From the NCBI GenBank assembly GCA_965215195.1, contig CBDCDC010000002.1, positions 2,240,001 through 2,304,000 on the forward strand: 64,000 nucleotides of DNA, given 5' to 3'. This DNA comes from Candidatus Latescibacterota bacterium (GTDB taxonomy: Bacteria; Latescibacterota; UBA2968; UBA8231). A model generated the notes under the pieces. That model worked only from the letters and a program-made list of their open reading frames with translations. It made no database searches and was not told the origin of the DNA. This document shows positions 44,777 to 54,089 of the stretch, piece by piece (position 1 is the first letter of the stretch; each line of letters begins with the position of its first letter). The translations under genes were made by a program, and so were the position numbers.

Positions 44777-46153
44777 ATGCCTGCTGACGCCCCCCGCATC
44801 CTCGTCGTGGACGACGACCCAGACGTCCTCGTGGCCGCCCGCTTGCTCCTCAAGCAGCAGGGCTACCAAGTCCGCACCGAGACTTATCCCCAAGTCATTC
44901 CGAGGGCCCTCAAGCAGGAGTCGCCGGCCGTCGTCCTCCTCGACATGAACTTCACGCAGGAAGCGACCAGCGGTAGAGAGGGCTTCTACTGGCTCCAGCA
45001 AATCGGCGAGCTAGACCCGACCGTCGTGGTCCTGCTGATCACCGCGTACGGCGATGTGGAGATGGCCGTGCGCGCCATCAAGGCGGGGGCCGTCGATTTT
45101 GTGCTCAAACCTTGGCAGAACGAAAAGTTGCTCGCCACTGTGTCCGCGGCCGTGGAATTGCACCGTGCGCGCCGGGAAGCCCACAACCTGCGCTCCCGCC
45201 AGCAACGGCTGTCCGAAGACCTCGACCAGCCCTTTGGCGACCTCATCGGGGAGGCCGCGGTCCTACAGAAGGTTTTCCAAGCGATGGCCAAGGTGGCCGC
45301 CACCGACGCCAGCGTCCTCATCCTCGGCGAGAACGGCACGGGCAAGGAGCTGGTGGCGCGCGAGATTCACCGCCGCTCGGCGCGCGCCGACGAAGTCTTC
45401 ATGGCCGTGGATATGGGTTCCCTCAGCGAAACCCTGTTTGAGAGCGAACTCTTCGGCCACGTCAAGGGGGCTTTCACCGACGCCCGCAGTGACCGCGCCG
45501 GCCGCTTTGAAATCGCCTCCGGGGGCACCCTGTTCCTCGACGAGATCGGCAACCTGCCCCTGTCCTTGCAGGTCAAGCTGCTCGCGGCCCTGCAAAACCA
45601 GCAGGTCGTCCGCGTCGGCGCCAACAAGCCCGTGCAAGTAGATGTGCGCCTTATATGCGCCACCAACCAACCCATCCACGAAATGGCCACGGCCGGCACC
45701 TTCCGCCAAGACCTCCTCTACCGCATCAACACCGTGGAAATCCTCCTGCCCCCCCTGCGCGACCGCCCGGAGGACATCGCGCTGTTGGCCCGCCACTTCC
45801 TCGAGCTGTACCGGAAAAAGTACCGCAAGGCCCTGACCGGCCTGACCGCCGAGGCACTCGCCCACTTGCATGCGTACGCTTGGCCGGGCAATGTGCGGGA
45901 ATTGCAGCACGCAGTGGAGCGCGCCGTCATTATGAGCGAAGGGAAGCGCTTGGCCGCGGCCGATTTCCCCCTGACCGCGACTCCGTCGCCCGAGGAGACC
46001 ATCGCCTTTGACAGCTACAATCTCGAAGACGTCGAGCACGAGGTCATTGCCCGGGTGCTGCGCAAAAACCAAGGCAACGTCAGCCAAACCGCACGGGAAC
46101 TCGGGCTCACCCGCACGGCCCTCTATCGCCGCATGGAGAAGTATGGCCTTTAG
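44777..46153 (+). CDS. Sigma-54-dependent response regulator (NtrC family)
   Basis: Receiver (VVDDD, LLDMNF, KPW), GENGTGKE, GAFTDA, FLDEIG, WPGNVREL, Fis-type HTH. Confidence 0.95.
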   Translation: MPADAPRILVVDDDPDVLVAARLLLKQQGYQVRTETYPQVIPRALKQESPAVVLLDMNFTQEATSGREGFYWLQQIGELDPTVVVLLITAYGDVEMAVRAIKAGAVDFVLKPWQNEKLLATVSAAVELHRARREAHNLRSRQQRLSEDLDQPFGDLIGEAAVLQKVFQAMAKVAATDASVLILGENGTGKELVAREIHRRSARADEVFMAVDMGSLSETLFESELFGHVKGAFTDARSDRAGRFEIASGGTLFLDEIGNLPLSLQVKLLAALQNQQVVRVGANKPVQVDVRLICATNQPIHEMATAGTFRQDLLYRINTVEILLPPLRDRPEDIALLARHFLELYRKKYRKALTGLTAEALAHLHAYAWPGNVRELQHAVERAVIMSEGKRLAAADFPLTATPSPEETIAFDSYNLEDVEHEVIARVLRKNQGNVSQTARELGLTRTALYRRMEKYGL

Positions 46154-46164
46154 ACGCAGTACCC

Positions 46165-46263
46165 TCAGGCCTGCTCGTGGGCTTTTTTATACGCTTTCAG
46201 AAGCGCATTGACCCGCGTCTGGTAGCCTTCGCCTTGGTTGCGGAACCATTCCAGTTGAAGCAT
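46165..46263 (-). pseudogene. C-terminal remnant of BrnA-family antitoxin
   Basis: LEWFRNQGEGYQTRVNALLKAYKKAHEQA* matches the GYQTRxN motif of BrnA. Confidence 0.65.
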
Positions 46264-46311
46264 TGCAGAGTACGTTCAATTGTGGCGAGTGGGAAGAGCT
46301 CAGGAGGAATT

Positions 46312-46515
46312 ATGACCGATCTACAGACTGAACCCGTAGCAAGACTGGCAGTACGCACAAACGACAAGACTCAGCATCAGGGCAATACTAAGGCACAACA
46401 GCTATTGGCTGCTTGGTTGGCCGACGAATCCGGCTATGACGAGGCAACGTGGCCCAACCTCAAGCAAAATTTGGAGGCCAACCGCTCTGGTCATAGAAAG
46501 CTATTTAGTGCCTGA
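46312..46515 (+). CDS. Small putative antitoxin (67 aa)
   Basis: SD AGGAGG; LLAAWLADESGYDEATWPNLKQNLEANR; overlaps PIN gene start. Confidence 0.65.
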   Translation: MTDLQTEPVARLAVRTNDKTQHQGNTKAQQLLAAWLADESGYDEATWPNLKQNLEANRSGHRKLFSA

Positions 46516-46920
46516 CGTATTCTTGTTCGATACCGGCGTCCTAGGACAGGTGTCCCATCCACGGCGGAATCCCGCGTTCGCTCAGTGGTTTGACCAACTG
46601 TTGACAACTGAGACAACGATTATGATTCCCGAAATTTCTGACTATGAAGTGCGTCGTGAGTTAATCCGCGCCCAACGCACGGAGGGCATTCGTCGCCTCG
46701 ACCAGCTCGTACTTGCCTATTACCACCGCCGTTATGCTGCGCGCCGCCCAGCTATGGGCTACGCGGTCGCCCAACTGCCGATCCCAAAGAACGGGACTGC
46801 GATGTGATTCTTGCAGCTCAGGCTCGGGAAGTCGGAGCCACTGTCGTCACAGACAATATCGGACATCTTTCGCTGTTTGTGGAGGCTAAGAGTTGGCGCG
46901 ATATCCGGGTAGCAGAGTGA
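46508..46920 (+). pseudogene. PIN-domain toxin, frameshifted
   Basis: FLFDTGVLG, IPEISDYEVRREL, then other frames LPITTAVMLRAAQLWA and DVILAAQA..VVTDNIGHL. Confidence 0.75.
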
Positions 46921-46978
46921 AATAGGAAGACCCACTCTCGAAAATCCCGCGTGATCCCTACCGCCGCCTCGCTCAATT

Positions 46979-48331
46979 ATGACCTTTAAGAACGTCCTAC
47001 ATCGCCTAAGGCGAGGAGCCCGCGCCTTCCGCACGCGGGTCGTGCTGCGCGTCGCCTTCCTCGGTGCCACCTTGTGGCTGCTGTTCTATACAATAGTGGA
47101 AGGCTGGAACCATTTAGCCGTCCTCGTCGTCCTCGTCCTCGCCCTGCTCTACCAGCTCTACGCCCTCGTCCACTACGTCGAGCGCACCAATCGCGACCTA
47201 GCGCGCTTTTTGAACGCCATCCGCTACTCCGACTTCTCGCAGACGTTTGTCACCGGCGGGCTCGGCTCCTCTTTCGACGAACTCAAGGCCGCGTTCAACG
47301 AGGTCCTCGACGCGTTTCGCCGAGCGCGGGCCGAAAAAGAGGAACAAGCGCGCTACCTGCAAACGGTCGTGCAGCACATTGGCGTCGGCTTGATCGCGTT
47401 CGACAACGCTGGCGAGGTGTCCCTGATCAACAACGCGGCCAAGCGCCTTTTGGGAGTGCCCCGCTTGGGCCACATCGCCGACCTCAGCCGCGTCAATCCC
47501 ATCCTAACCACCACCCTGCAAAGCCTCGGTCCTCGGGGCCGCGACTTGGTGCGCTTTGACGAGATTCAGCTCGCCCTATACGCCTCGGTGTTCCGCCTGA
47601 GCCACCGCGAGCACACCCTAGTGGCCCTCCACGACATTGGCCCGGATCTCGACGAAAAGGAAATGGAGGCCTGGCAAAACCTGATCCGCGTACTGACCCA
47701 CGAAATCATGAATTCCATCACCCCGATCGCTTCGCTGGCCGCGACCGCGGACGGAATGCTAAAAGACGACGGGCTCGATGCCGAAACTACCGCAGACATC
47801 CGCATCGCCGTGAGCACCATCCAGCGCCGCAGCGAGGGCCTGCTGCACTTTGTCGAAGCCTACCGCAACCTCACCCGCGTACCAGCGCCCTCCTTTGAGA
47901 TCGTCTCGGTGGCCGGCCTGTTCGCCCGCGTGGAGCAGCTAATGCGGCCGCAGTTCGCCGAGTCCGCGGTTGAGTTGCACATCCGCGTTGATCCGCCCAG
48001 CCTCGAATTGACCGCGGACCCGGAGCAAGTTGAGCAGGTCCTCATCAACCTGCTGAGGAATGCCCGCGAAGCCACGGCCAACCGCGCCGGGGCCCGCGTT
48101 GATTTGACCGCTCGTCTGGCGCACGACAAGGTCGTCGTCGAGGTTGCGGACAATGGGCCGGGGATCGTGGAAGAAGCGCTCGGCAAGGTTTTCATTCCCT
48201 TTTTTACGACCAAGCGAGACGGCTCCGGCATTGGGCTGAGCCTGTGCCGCCAGATCATGCGGCTCCACCGAGGCGCCATCTCCGCCCGCTCGGAACCGGG
48301 GGTGCGGACGGTGTTTGCGTTGCGGTTTTGA
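46979..48331 (+). CDS. Sensor histidine kinase (PAS + HisKA + HATPase)
   Basis: Two N-terminal TMs, LTHEIMNSITPI, QVLINLLRNA, DNGPGI, FFTTKRDGSGIGL. Confidence 0.95.
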   Translation: MTFKNVLHRLRRGARAFRTRVVLRVAFLGATLWLLFYTIVEGWNHLAVLVVLVLALLYQLYALVHYVERTNRDLARFLNAIRYSDFSQTFVTGGLGSSFDELKAAFNEVLDAFRRARAEKEEQARYLQTVVQHIGVGLIAFDNAGEVSLINNAAKRLLGVPRLGHIADLSRVNPILTTTLQSLGPRGRDLVRFDEIQLALYASVFRLSHREHTLVALHDIGPDLDEKEMEAWQNLIRVLTHEIMNSITPIASLAATADGMLKDDGLDAETTADIRIAVSTIQRRSEGLLHFVEAYRNLTRVPAPSFEIVSVAGLFARVEQLMRPQFAESAVELHIRVDPPSLELTADPEQVEQVLINLLRNAREATANRAGARVDLTARLAHDKVVVEVADNGPGIVEEALGKVFIPFFTTKRDGSGIGLSLCRQIMRLHRGAISARSEPGVRTVFALRF

Positions 48332-48346
48332 GGGGATTGGCATTCC

Positions 48347-49486
48347 TCAATACTGGCGGTAGATTTGGCCGCCCTTGACCACAATCAGCGGTTCCAATTG
48401 CCGTCGGCCAGTGCGCCTTTCCCCGCTTGAATCGGCCAACTCGAACTGACCCTCGCGCACGTCGAGCACTACGGCGTCGCCCCAAGCACCTACTGCTAGG
48501 GTGCCGATCTCGTCCGGCATCCCAATGACTTGGGCTGGCACTGCGGTGACTTTGGCCAAGGCCGCGTCGAGATCCATGCCCAAGTGGAGGAATTTGGATG
48601 CGACGTTGACCAAGTCATATACAGGCCCATTGAGGTTGTACACGTGCAGGTCTGAAGAAATGGTATGCGGCGCAAGGCCAGCGCTCAGGGCGGTCTCGGC
48701 TACCGCCCAGGAAAAGGAGCCCGCGCCGTGCCCCACATCAAAGAGCACGCCCCGCGCCACGGCCTCGCGCACCGCAGGGCGCACTTGGCCCGCTTCGTCG
48801 AGGATGCCGCACTTCATGCCGTGGAAGCAGTGGGTGAGGATGTCGCCCTGTTTCATAACGGCCAGCACATCATCGAGGCTGTCGCACCAAGCGTCTTGGG
48901 GATGGACCATAATGGGTAGGCCGGCTGCATCCGCGGCCTCGCGGGCCCGGTGCAGGGGCAGCATCCCGGCGCGCTGGCTGACGATGCTGTTGCGGGTGAG
49001 CCGCACCTTGACCCCCAAGATGAGGTCGCGGTGTTGTTCGATCATGCGGCAGGCTTTGCCCACGTCTGCGTATTCCGGGATCTCGAACTCGCCGATTTCG
49101 CGCGTCAACATGCCCTGCGAGGAGATATTGAGCTGAGCCAAGATGCGGGTGGCGCTGACGTCGATGATGAACTTGCGAAAGCCGGGGAAGGTATCGGCCC
49201 CGGCCGAGCCAGCATCGACCGCGGTGGTGACGCCTCGGGCCAAGCAGGTGGGGTCCGGCTCAATGCCGAAGTGGCTGACCCCCCAGAACACGTGGACATG
49301 CAGGTCGATGAGGCCGGGACCTACCACATAGCCTGTGACATCGAGCGTTTGGCGCGCCTCGTTTGCCGGCAGGTCGGCCCCGAGTGCAGCGACTTTGCCG
49401 TCGGCGAAAGCCACGTCCAGCACTGTGTGCAGTTTTTGGGCTGGATCGACTAGGGTGCCGCCTTTGAGGAGCAGGTCGTAGAGCAT
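48347..49486 (-). CDS. Amidohydrolase/deacetylase family metallohydrolase (dihydroorotase-like)
   Basis: PGLIDLHVH, GVTTAVDAGSAG, THCFHG, DVGHGAGSFS, ISSDLH. Confidence 0.9.
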   Translation of the reverse strand: MLYDLLLKGGTLVDPAQKLHTVLDVAFADGKVAALGADLPANEARQTLDVTGYVVGPGLIDLHVHVFWGVSHFGIEPDPTCLARGVTTAVDAGSAGADTFPGFRKFIIDVSATRILAQLNISSQGMLTREIGEFEIPEYADVGKACRMIEQHRDLILGVKVRLTRNSIVSQRAGMLPLHRAREAADAAGLPIMVHPQDAWCDSLDDVLAVMKQGDILTHCFHGMKCGILDEAGQVRPAVREAVARGVLFDVGHGAGSFSWAVAETALSAGLAPHTISSDLHVYNLNGPVYDLVNVASKFLHLGMDLDAALAKVTAVPAQVIGMPDEIGTLAVGAWGDAVVLDVREGQFELADSSGERRTGRRQLEPLIVVKGGQIYRQY

Positions 49487-49573
49487 GGGATCCTCCGAAA
49501 AGGTGTTGGGGCGCGGTTCGCCGAGGGTTTGCAGACCGCTTCTTAGGAAGCCTGACCGCTTGGCGTTTTTCAG

Positions 49574-50428
49574 CTATGGAGCAGCGGTCTCAAACAAAGC
49601 CAACCAGTCGTCCACGCTTTGCGCCACCGATTCGGGGTGAGCTTGGCTGCGGGCGACAAAGCCGGGGACGCCGTCGCGGCCGCTGGGCTGCGTCGGGTCG
49701 CTGTAGCGCAGGTCGAGGCTCCAGCGGATGTGGTCGGAGTGGTTGGGGATGGAGCGGTGGATGGTCTTGTGCTGGATGAGCAACGCGCTGCCGACTTTGA
49801 CTGGGCAGCTAACTTGCTCGCCGGGGGGCAGGTACTGATCGGTGATGCCTTTGAAGTTGGCCCCGGGGCCCAAGCCGTGCTCGTGGCCGATGAGCGGAGC
49901 GCGGTGGCTGCCGGCAATGACCTCCATGCAGCCGTTTTCAGGCGTGGCATCGACCAAGGGGAGCCAAAAATTGACCATGAAGGTCTCTTCGGCGTCGGGC
50001 TGCAAATAGCCCAAGTCTTGATGCCAAGGCACCACGGTGGCGTTTTGGTTGGGCAATTTGGCGCGCAGGTTGAATTGCGGATGAGCCAGTATTTCGGGGC
50101 CGATTGCGGATTCGACAATGTCGAGCAGGGCCGGTTGGGTCAAAACGGCGAACATGCCCTCGGTTTTGAGCTTGCCGTTGACTTGGCGCAACAGCGGGGC
50201 CGGGTCGGCCAACTGGGCGTGGATGTGGATCAGGCGCTGGGCAAAGGGTAAATCTGCGTACAGGTCGGACAGTTCGCCGGCCGCGTGGGCCTGCTGGGCG
50301 GCCGCATCGACAATCGCGTCGATTTCGGCGATGAGGAGGTCAAAGACCGAGGGGCTGAGGACGTCCTCGACGAGGAGGTAGCCTTCGCTGCGGTAGAAGT
50401 CGAGTTGGTCGGAGGTGAGGCCGCTCAT
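49574..50428 (-). CDS. PhyH family dioxygenase
   Basis: EGYLLVEDVL, PWHQDLGY, NGCMEVIAGSH, HRSIPN..RWSLDLRY. Confidence 0.9.
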   Translation of the reverse strand: MSGLTSDQLDFYRSEGYLLVEDVLSPSVFDLLIAEIDAIVDAAAQQAHAAGELSDLYADLPFAQRLIHIHAQLADPAPLLRQVNGKLKTEGMFAVLTQPALLDIVESAIGPEILAHPQFNLRAKLPNQNATVVPWHQDLGYLQPDAEETFMVNFWLPLVDATPENGCMEVIAGSHRAPLIGHEHGLGPGANFKGITDQYLPPGEQVSCPVKVGSALLIQHKTIHRSIPNHSDHIRWSLDLRYSDPTQPSGRDGVPGFVARSQAHPESVAQSVDDWLALFETAAP

Positions 50429-50898
50429 GGGAATCGTCCTTTTGTTGGGGGGCTGACTGAGATTTGGCTATCAACGGGTGCGGTGAGCATGCCAAGCTGG
50501 GCGGCCGCATCGACTTGTCGCCGGTCGAAGGACCCGAAGGTTATCGGCACTCCGAGCGAGGCTTGCAAATACTCAGCTCCCGCAAGGTGAACGCTGTCGT
50601 AGGCACGGACGCCGAGTTGTTCGCTCAGCGCACCGGCTCGTCGCAGAAGGGTCTGGGTGACCGCGACGCGGTGGTATCTCTCCCAATCCTGCTCTAGCGC
50701 CTTCTTGCATGTCGCCAGCTCTGCATCGGACAGGTCGCCCAAGCGCCGTTTAGCAGCCAAAGCGGATCGCGCCTCCACGTATGCGAGCCACTGGCAGGCG
50801 ATTTCCTCGGCCACGTCCACCCAGCCACGCACCACATCGGAGTCGGCCTCCTCGACGTACAGCTTGACGAGAGCCGATGTGTCGAGAAAGAGGATCAC
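50425..50898 (-). CDS. vapC: VapC PIN-domain toxin
   Basis: FLDTSALVKLYVEE, VRAYDSVHLA, SFDRRQ. Confidence 0.88.
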   Translation of the reverse strand: MILFLDTSALVKLYVEEADSDVVRGWVDVAEEIACQWLAYVEARSALAAKRRLGDLSDAELATCKKALEQDWERYHRVAVTQTLLRRAGALSEQLGVRAYDSVHLAGAEYLQASLGVPITFGSFDRRQVDAAAQLGMLTAPVDSQISVSPPTKGRFP

Positions 50899-51161
50899 CG
50901 CCGCTCTTCCACCACGATGTCCGCAACGCTTTTCTGTCCGGGTTTGACGCGCACCGGGCGCGTGGCACCTTGCGGTTTTCCCCCGGTCCCAGCATTGATC
51001 CCCGGCAAAATTGCCAGCCGCTGTTCCAACGGAAGGGATGGCAGCGGCACGAGGCGAGCGATGGGCTTGCCCCTAGAAGTTACGACGACCGTCTCTCCCC
51101 GCTGGACTTGCCGAAGATAGCGCGACAACCTGCTCTTCAGGTCGCGTACGGATGCGTTCAT
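50895..51161 (-). CDS. Phd/YefM family antitoxin
   Basis: MNASVRDLKSRLSRYLRQVQRGETVVVTSRGKPIARLVP; SD AAGGAG; GTGA overlap with toxin. Confidence 0.88.
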   Translation of the reverse strand: MNASVRDLKSRLSRYLRQVQRGETVVVTSRGKPIARLVPLPSLPLEQRLAILPGINAGTGGKPQGATRPVRVKPGQKSVADIVVEERR

Positions 51162-51382
51162 TGCGTTCTCCTTGTAACTACTATTGAGACAACTGTAGTC
51201 ACAGTAGAGTATCGAGGCAAGCGCACCGGGCCCTAGAAGCCTCCTCGCGATCGCGTCCCACTCGGTCATCAGAGCCGACCCGCAATACGCCCACACTACA
51301 CCCCAAGCCCATCCTTGACATTGTTCAAGGCGACGGGGAACCTTGAAGTCTAAGTTAATCCCACCCTTGACTAGGAAGGACG

Positions 51383-53905
51383 ATGCACAGATTTGCTGCC
51401 ATGCTGGCTGCTTTCCTCATCGCCGGCGCAGACGACGCTGGAGGCGATGAGCAACCCTCCCGTATCGACACTAGCGATGCCCAGATGCAGTTTTGGATGA
51501 CGCACCCCCAGCGCACCGCCCACGCCGTGCGGGCTGAGGTGCCGCCGCGACTCGACGGCGTCATCGACGACGCAATCTGGCTGCGCGCACCCGTACACGA
51601 GGGGTTCACGCAGAACGACCCGGACAACGGCGAGCCTTCGACGCAACGCACCACCTTTCAGGTGGCCTACGACGACGCGGCACTCTACATCGCCGGCATC
51701 TGCTACGACACCCGTCCCGACAGCATCACCGCACGCCTATCGCGGCGCGACGAATGGCGCGAGCGCGACCTGTTCGAGATCAACCTCGACCCCCACCACG
51801 ACCACCAGACGGGCGTTTACTTTACCGTGGGGCCCTCCGGCTGGATCGAGGACGGGATCATCTACAACGACGACGACTTCGACGATAGCTGGGACAGCGT
51901 GGCCGAGGTGGAGACAGCGCGGCGCGCCGACGGCTGGAGCTTGGAGCTGAAGATCCCGTACCACGTCTTGCGCTTCGGCGAGAAGGAGAGCTACACCTGG
52001 GGGATCAACGTCTTCCGCAAAATCTCCCGCCGCGCCGAGTGGTCCCAGTGGAGCTTCAGACCTCGGGGCGTCAGCGGCTACGCCTCGCGCTTCGGCCATC
52101 TCGAAGGCATCGAAGGCATCCGGCCGCAGCGCAGCCTCGAGATATTCCCCTTCGCGCTAGGCCGCAGCACCCTGTCGCCGGGAGACAGCGGCAGCGAGCA
52201 CGACCTATTCTCCTCGGCCGGCCTCGACCTGCGCTACGGCCTGTCGTCGAATATCTCCCTCAACGCCACCATCAACCCGGACTTCGGCCAAGTCGAAGCC
52301 GATCCGGCCGTGCTCAACTTGGGCGTCTTTGAGACCTTCTTCCGCGAGCGCCGGCCCTTCTTTTTGGAGGGCATCCAGATCTTCGAATCGCCCCGACCGT
52401 GGATCGTCGGCATCCGCCGGCCCTCGCGCCTGTTCCACTCGCGGCGCATCGGCCGCCCGCCCTCGCGCTTTGACCTGCCCGAGGACAGCGACGAGGTGAA
52501 CCGTCCCGACAACACCACGATCCTCGGGGCCGTCAAGGTTTCGGGAAAGACCGCCGGCCGCACGGCCTTCGGCCTGCTCAACGCCGTCACTGGCCGGGAG
52601 GAGGCGCGCATTGACCAGCGCATCACCAGCACCGAGACGGGCTTGGCCGACACGCTGCGCCGCGACTTCGAGGTTGAGCCGCTCACCAACTACTTCATCG
52701 GCCGCGTGCAACAGGACCTGCTCGCCAACTCCACGGCCGGGGCCCAGCTCACCGCGGTCAACGGCCGCGGCTTTGACCCGGCCTACGTCGGTGCCGGCGA
52801 CCTGCACGTGAAGTGGTGGGAAAACGCCTACCGCCTCTACAGCCGGCTGGCCGTCAGTCGCGCTGGGCAGGCCGAGGAGCGCGACAGCGGTTGGGAGGGC
52901 GTACTCTATTTTCAAAAGTCGGGCGGTGCCTTCGGCGGCCAAGCCTATGTGGACGCGCAATCACCCGACTTCGAGACCAACGACCTCGGCTTCATGCGGC
53001 GCAACGACCGCATTCAGACTGGGATCCACATCCGTTACGAGAAGCTCGACCCCTACTGGTTTGCCCGCCACTCCGGGTTCAACTTCAACGCGTGGAACCA
53101 CTGGAACTTCGCCGGCGAGCGGCTGGCCCGCGGCCTCAACTTCAACACCTGGCACGAGCTGCACAACTACTGGGGATTCTGGATGGGCCTCAGCCGCAGC
53201 CTCGCCGCCTTCGACGACGTGGTCACCCGCGGCGGACCGCTCATGGCCTCACCGGCCAGCACTTGGATCGGCATGGACCTGTGGAGCGATGGCCGCAAAC
53301 CCATCAGTAGCTGGCTCGGCTGGAACGTCCACTGGAGCCAAGGAGGCGACAACTTGGGATCGTGGGTCGGCTTTGAGCTCGAGCTGCGCCCCATATCCCA
53401 GTTCGAGCTGGAAATTGAGCCGGGCTACAGCTTCAACCGCAACTTTACCCAGTGGGTAGAGAACGAAGACGAGGACGGCGACGGCGAGGATGACCGCTTC
53501 ATCTTCGGCGAGCTCGAGAGCCGCGTCTTCGAGATCGGCGTACGCGGCGCTTGGGCCTTCACCCCGAGCCTGAGTCTGCAACTGTTTGTGCAACCCTTTG
53601 TGACAACTGGCGACTACGGTGCCATCAAGGAGCTGGCACGTCCGCGGTCCTACGAGTTCTCGCCCTACGCTGGTCTCGAGGAAAACCCGGACTTCCACCG
53701 CCGCGCCCTGCGCTCCAACGTAGTGCTGCGCTGGGAGTACCGGCCCGGCAGTACGCTCTTCGCGGTCTGGCAGCAGAGTCGGGACCGCGACTTCGACGAC
53801 GCCCGCGACCCCAAGTTCCGCCCCGCAGACGACTTGAGCCGCGCCTTCGCCGATGACGGCGACAGCATCTTCCTGATCAAGCTCAACCGCTGGTTCAGGC
53901 TGTAG
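51383..53905 (+). CDS. Secreted/outer-membrane protein with CBM9-like domain and DUF5916-type beta-barrel
   Basis: Signal peptide, PRLDGVIDDAIW, GWSLELKIP, TINPDFGQVEAD, FFRERRPFFLEG, LRWEYRPGSTLF. Confidence 0.8.
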   Translation: MHRFAAMLAAFLIAGADDAGGDEQPSRIDTSDAQMQFWMTHPQRTAHAVRAEVPPRLDGVIDDAIWLRAPVHEGFTQNDPDNGEPSTQRTTFQVAYDDAALYIAGICYDTRPDSITARLSRRDEWRERDLFEINLDPHHDHQTGVYFTVGPSGWIEDGIIYNDDDFDDSWDSVAEVETARRADGWSLELKIPYHVLRFGEKESYTWGINVFRKISRRAEWSQWSFRPRGVSGYASRFGHLEGIEGIRPQRSLEIFPFALGRSTLSPGDSGSEHDLFSSAGLDLRYGLSSNISLNATINPDFGQVEADPAVLNLGVFETFFRERRPFFLEGIQIFESPRPWIVGIRRPSRLFHSRRIGRPPSRFDLPEDSDEVNRPDNTTILGAVKVSGKTAGRTAFGLLNAVTGREEARIDQRITSTETGLADTLRRDFEVEPLTNYFIGRVQQDLLANSTAGAQLTAVNGRGFDPAYVGAGDLHVKWWENAYRLYSRLAVSRAGQAEERDSGWEGVLYFQKSGGAFGGQAYVDAQSPDFETNDLGFMRRNDRIQTGIHIRYEKLDPYWFARHSGFNFNAWNHWNFAGERLARGLNFNTWHELHNYWGFWMGLSRSLAAFDDVVTRGGPLMASPASTWIGMDLWSDGRKPISSWLGWNVHWSQGGDNLGSWVGFELELRPISQFELEIEPGYSFNRNFTQWVENEDEDGDGEDDRFIFGELESRVFEIGVRGAWAFTPSLSLQLFVQPFVTTGDYGAIKELARPRSYEFSPYAGLEENPDFHRRALRSNVVLRWEYRPGSTLFAVWQQSRDRDFDDARDPKFRPADDLSRAFADDGDSIFLIKLNRWFRL

Positions 53906-53934
53906 GGGCCAGCAAGCGCGGCCTAGCCCAATTC

Positions 53935-53997
53935 ATGATGACTCGTCACAACGACCGCACGCACAATAATCCGCTGGTCCCATTGCGCGCGTTCTGA
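53935..53997 (+). CDS. Putative Asn/Asp-rich attenuator leader peptide of aspS
   Basis: MMTRHNDRTHNNPLVPLRAF*; its 3' end can pair with the downstream terminator stem; no obvious SD. Confidence 0.55.
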   Translation: MMTRHNDRTHNNPLVPLRAF

Positions 53998-54026
53998 CGA
54001 CTGATTCCAACCCAATCCAAGCATTC

Positions 54027-54068
54027 AAAACCCGTCGCGAACGCACATCGCGGCGGGTTTTTCATTTT
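54027..54068 (+). terminator. Intrinsic terminator/attenuator hairpin upstream of aspS
   Basis: AAAACCCGTCGCGA-acgcaca-TCGCGGCGGGTTTT followed by T-rich tract, ~25 nt before aspS ATG. Confidence 0.75.
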
Positions 54069-54089
54069 CATCTGCAACTGGAGGCTATC

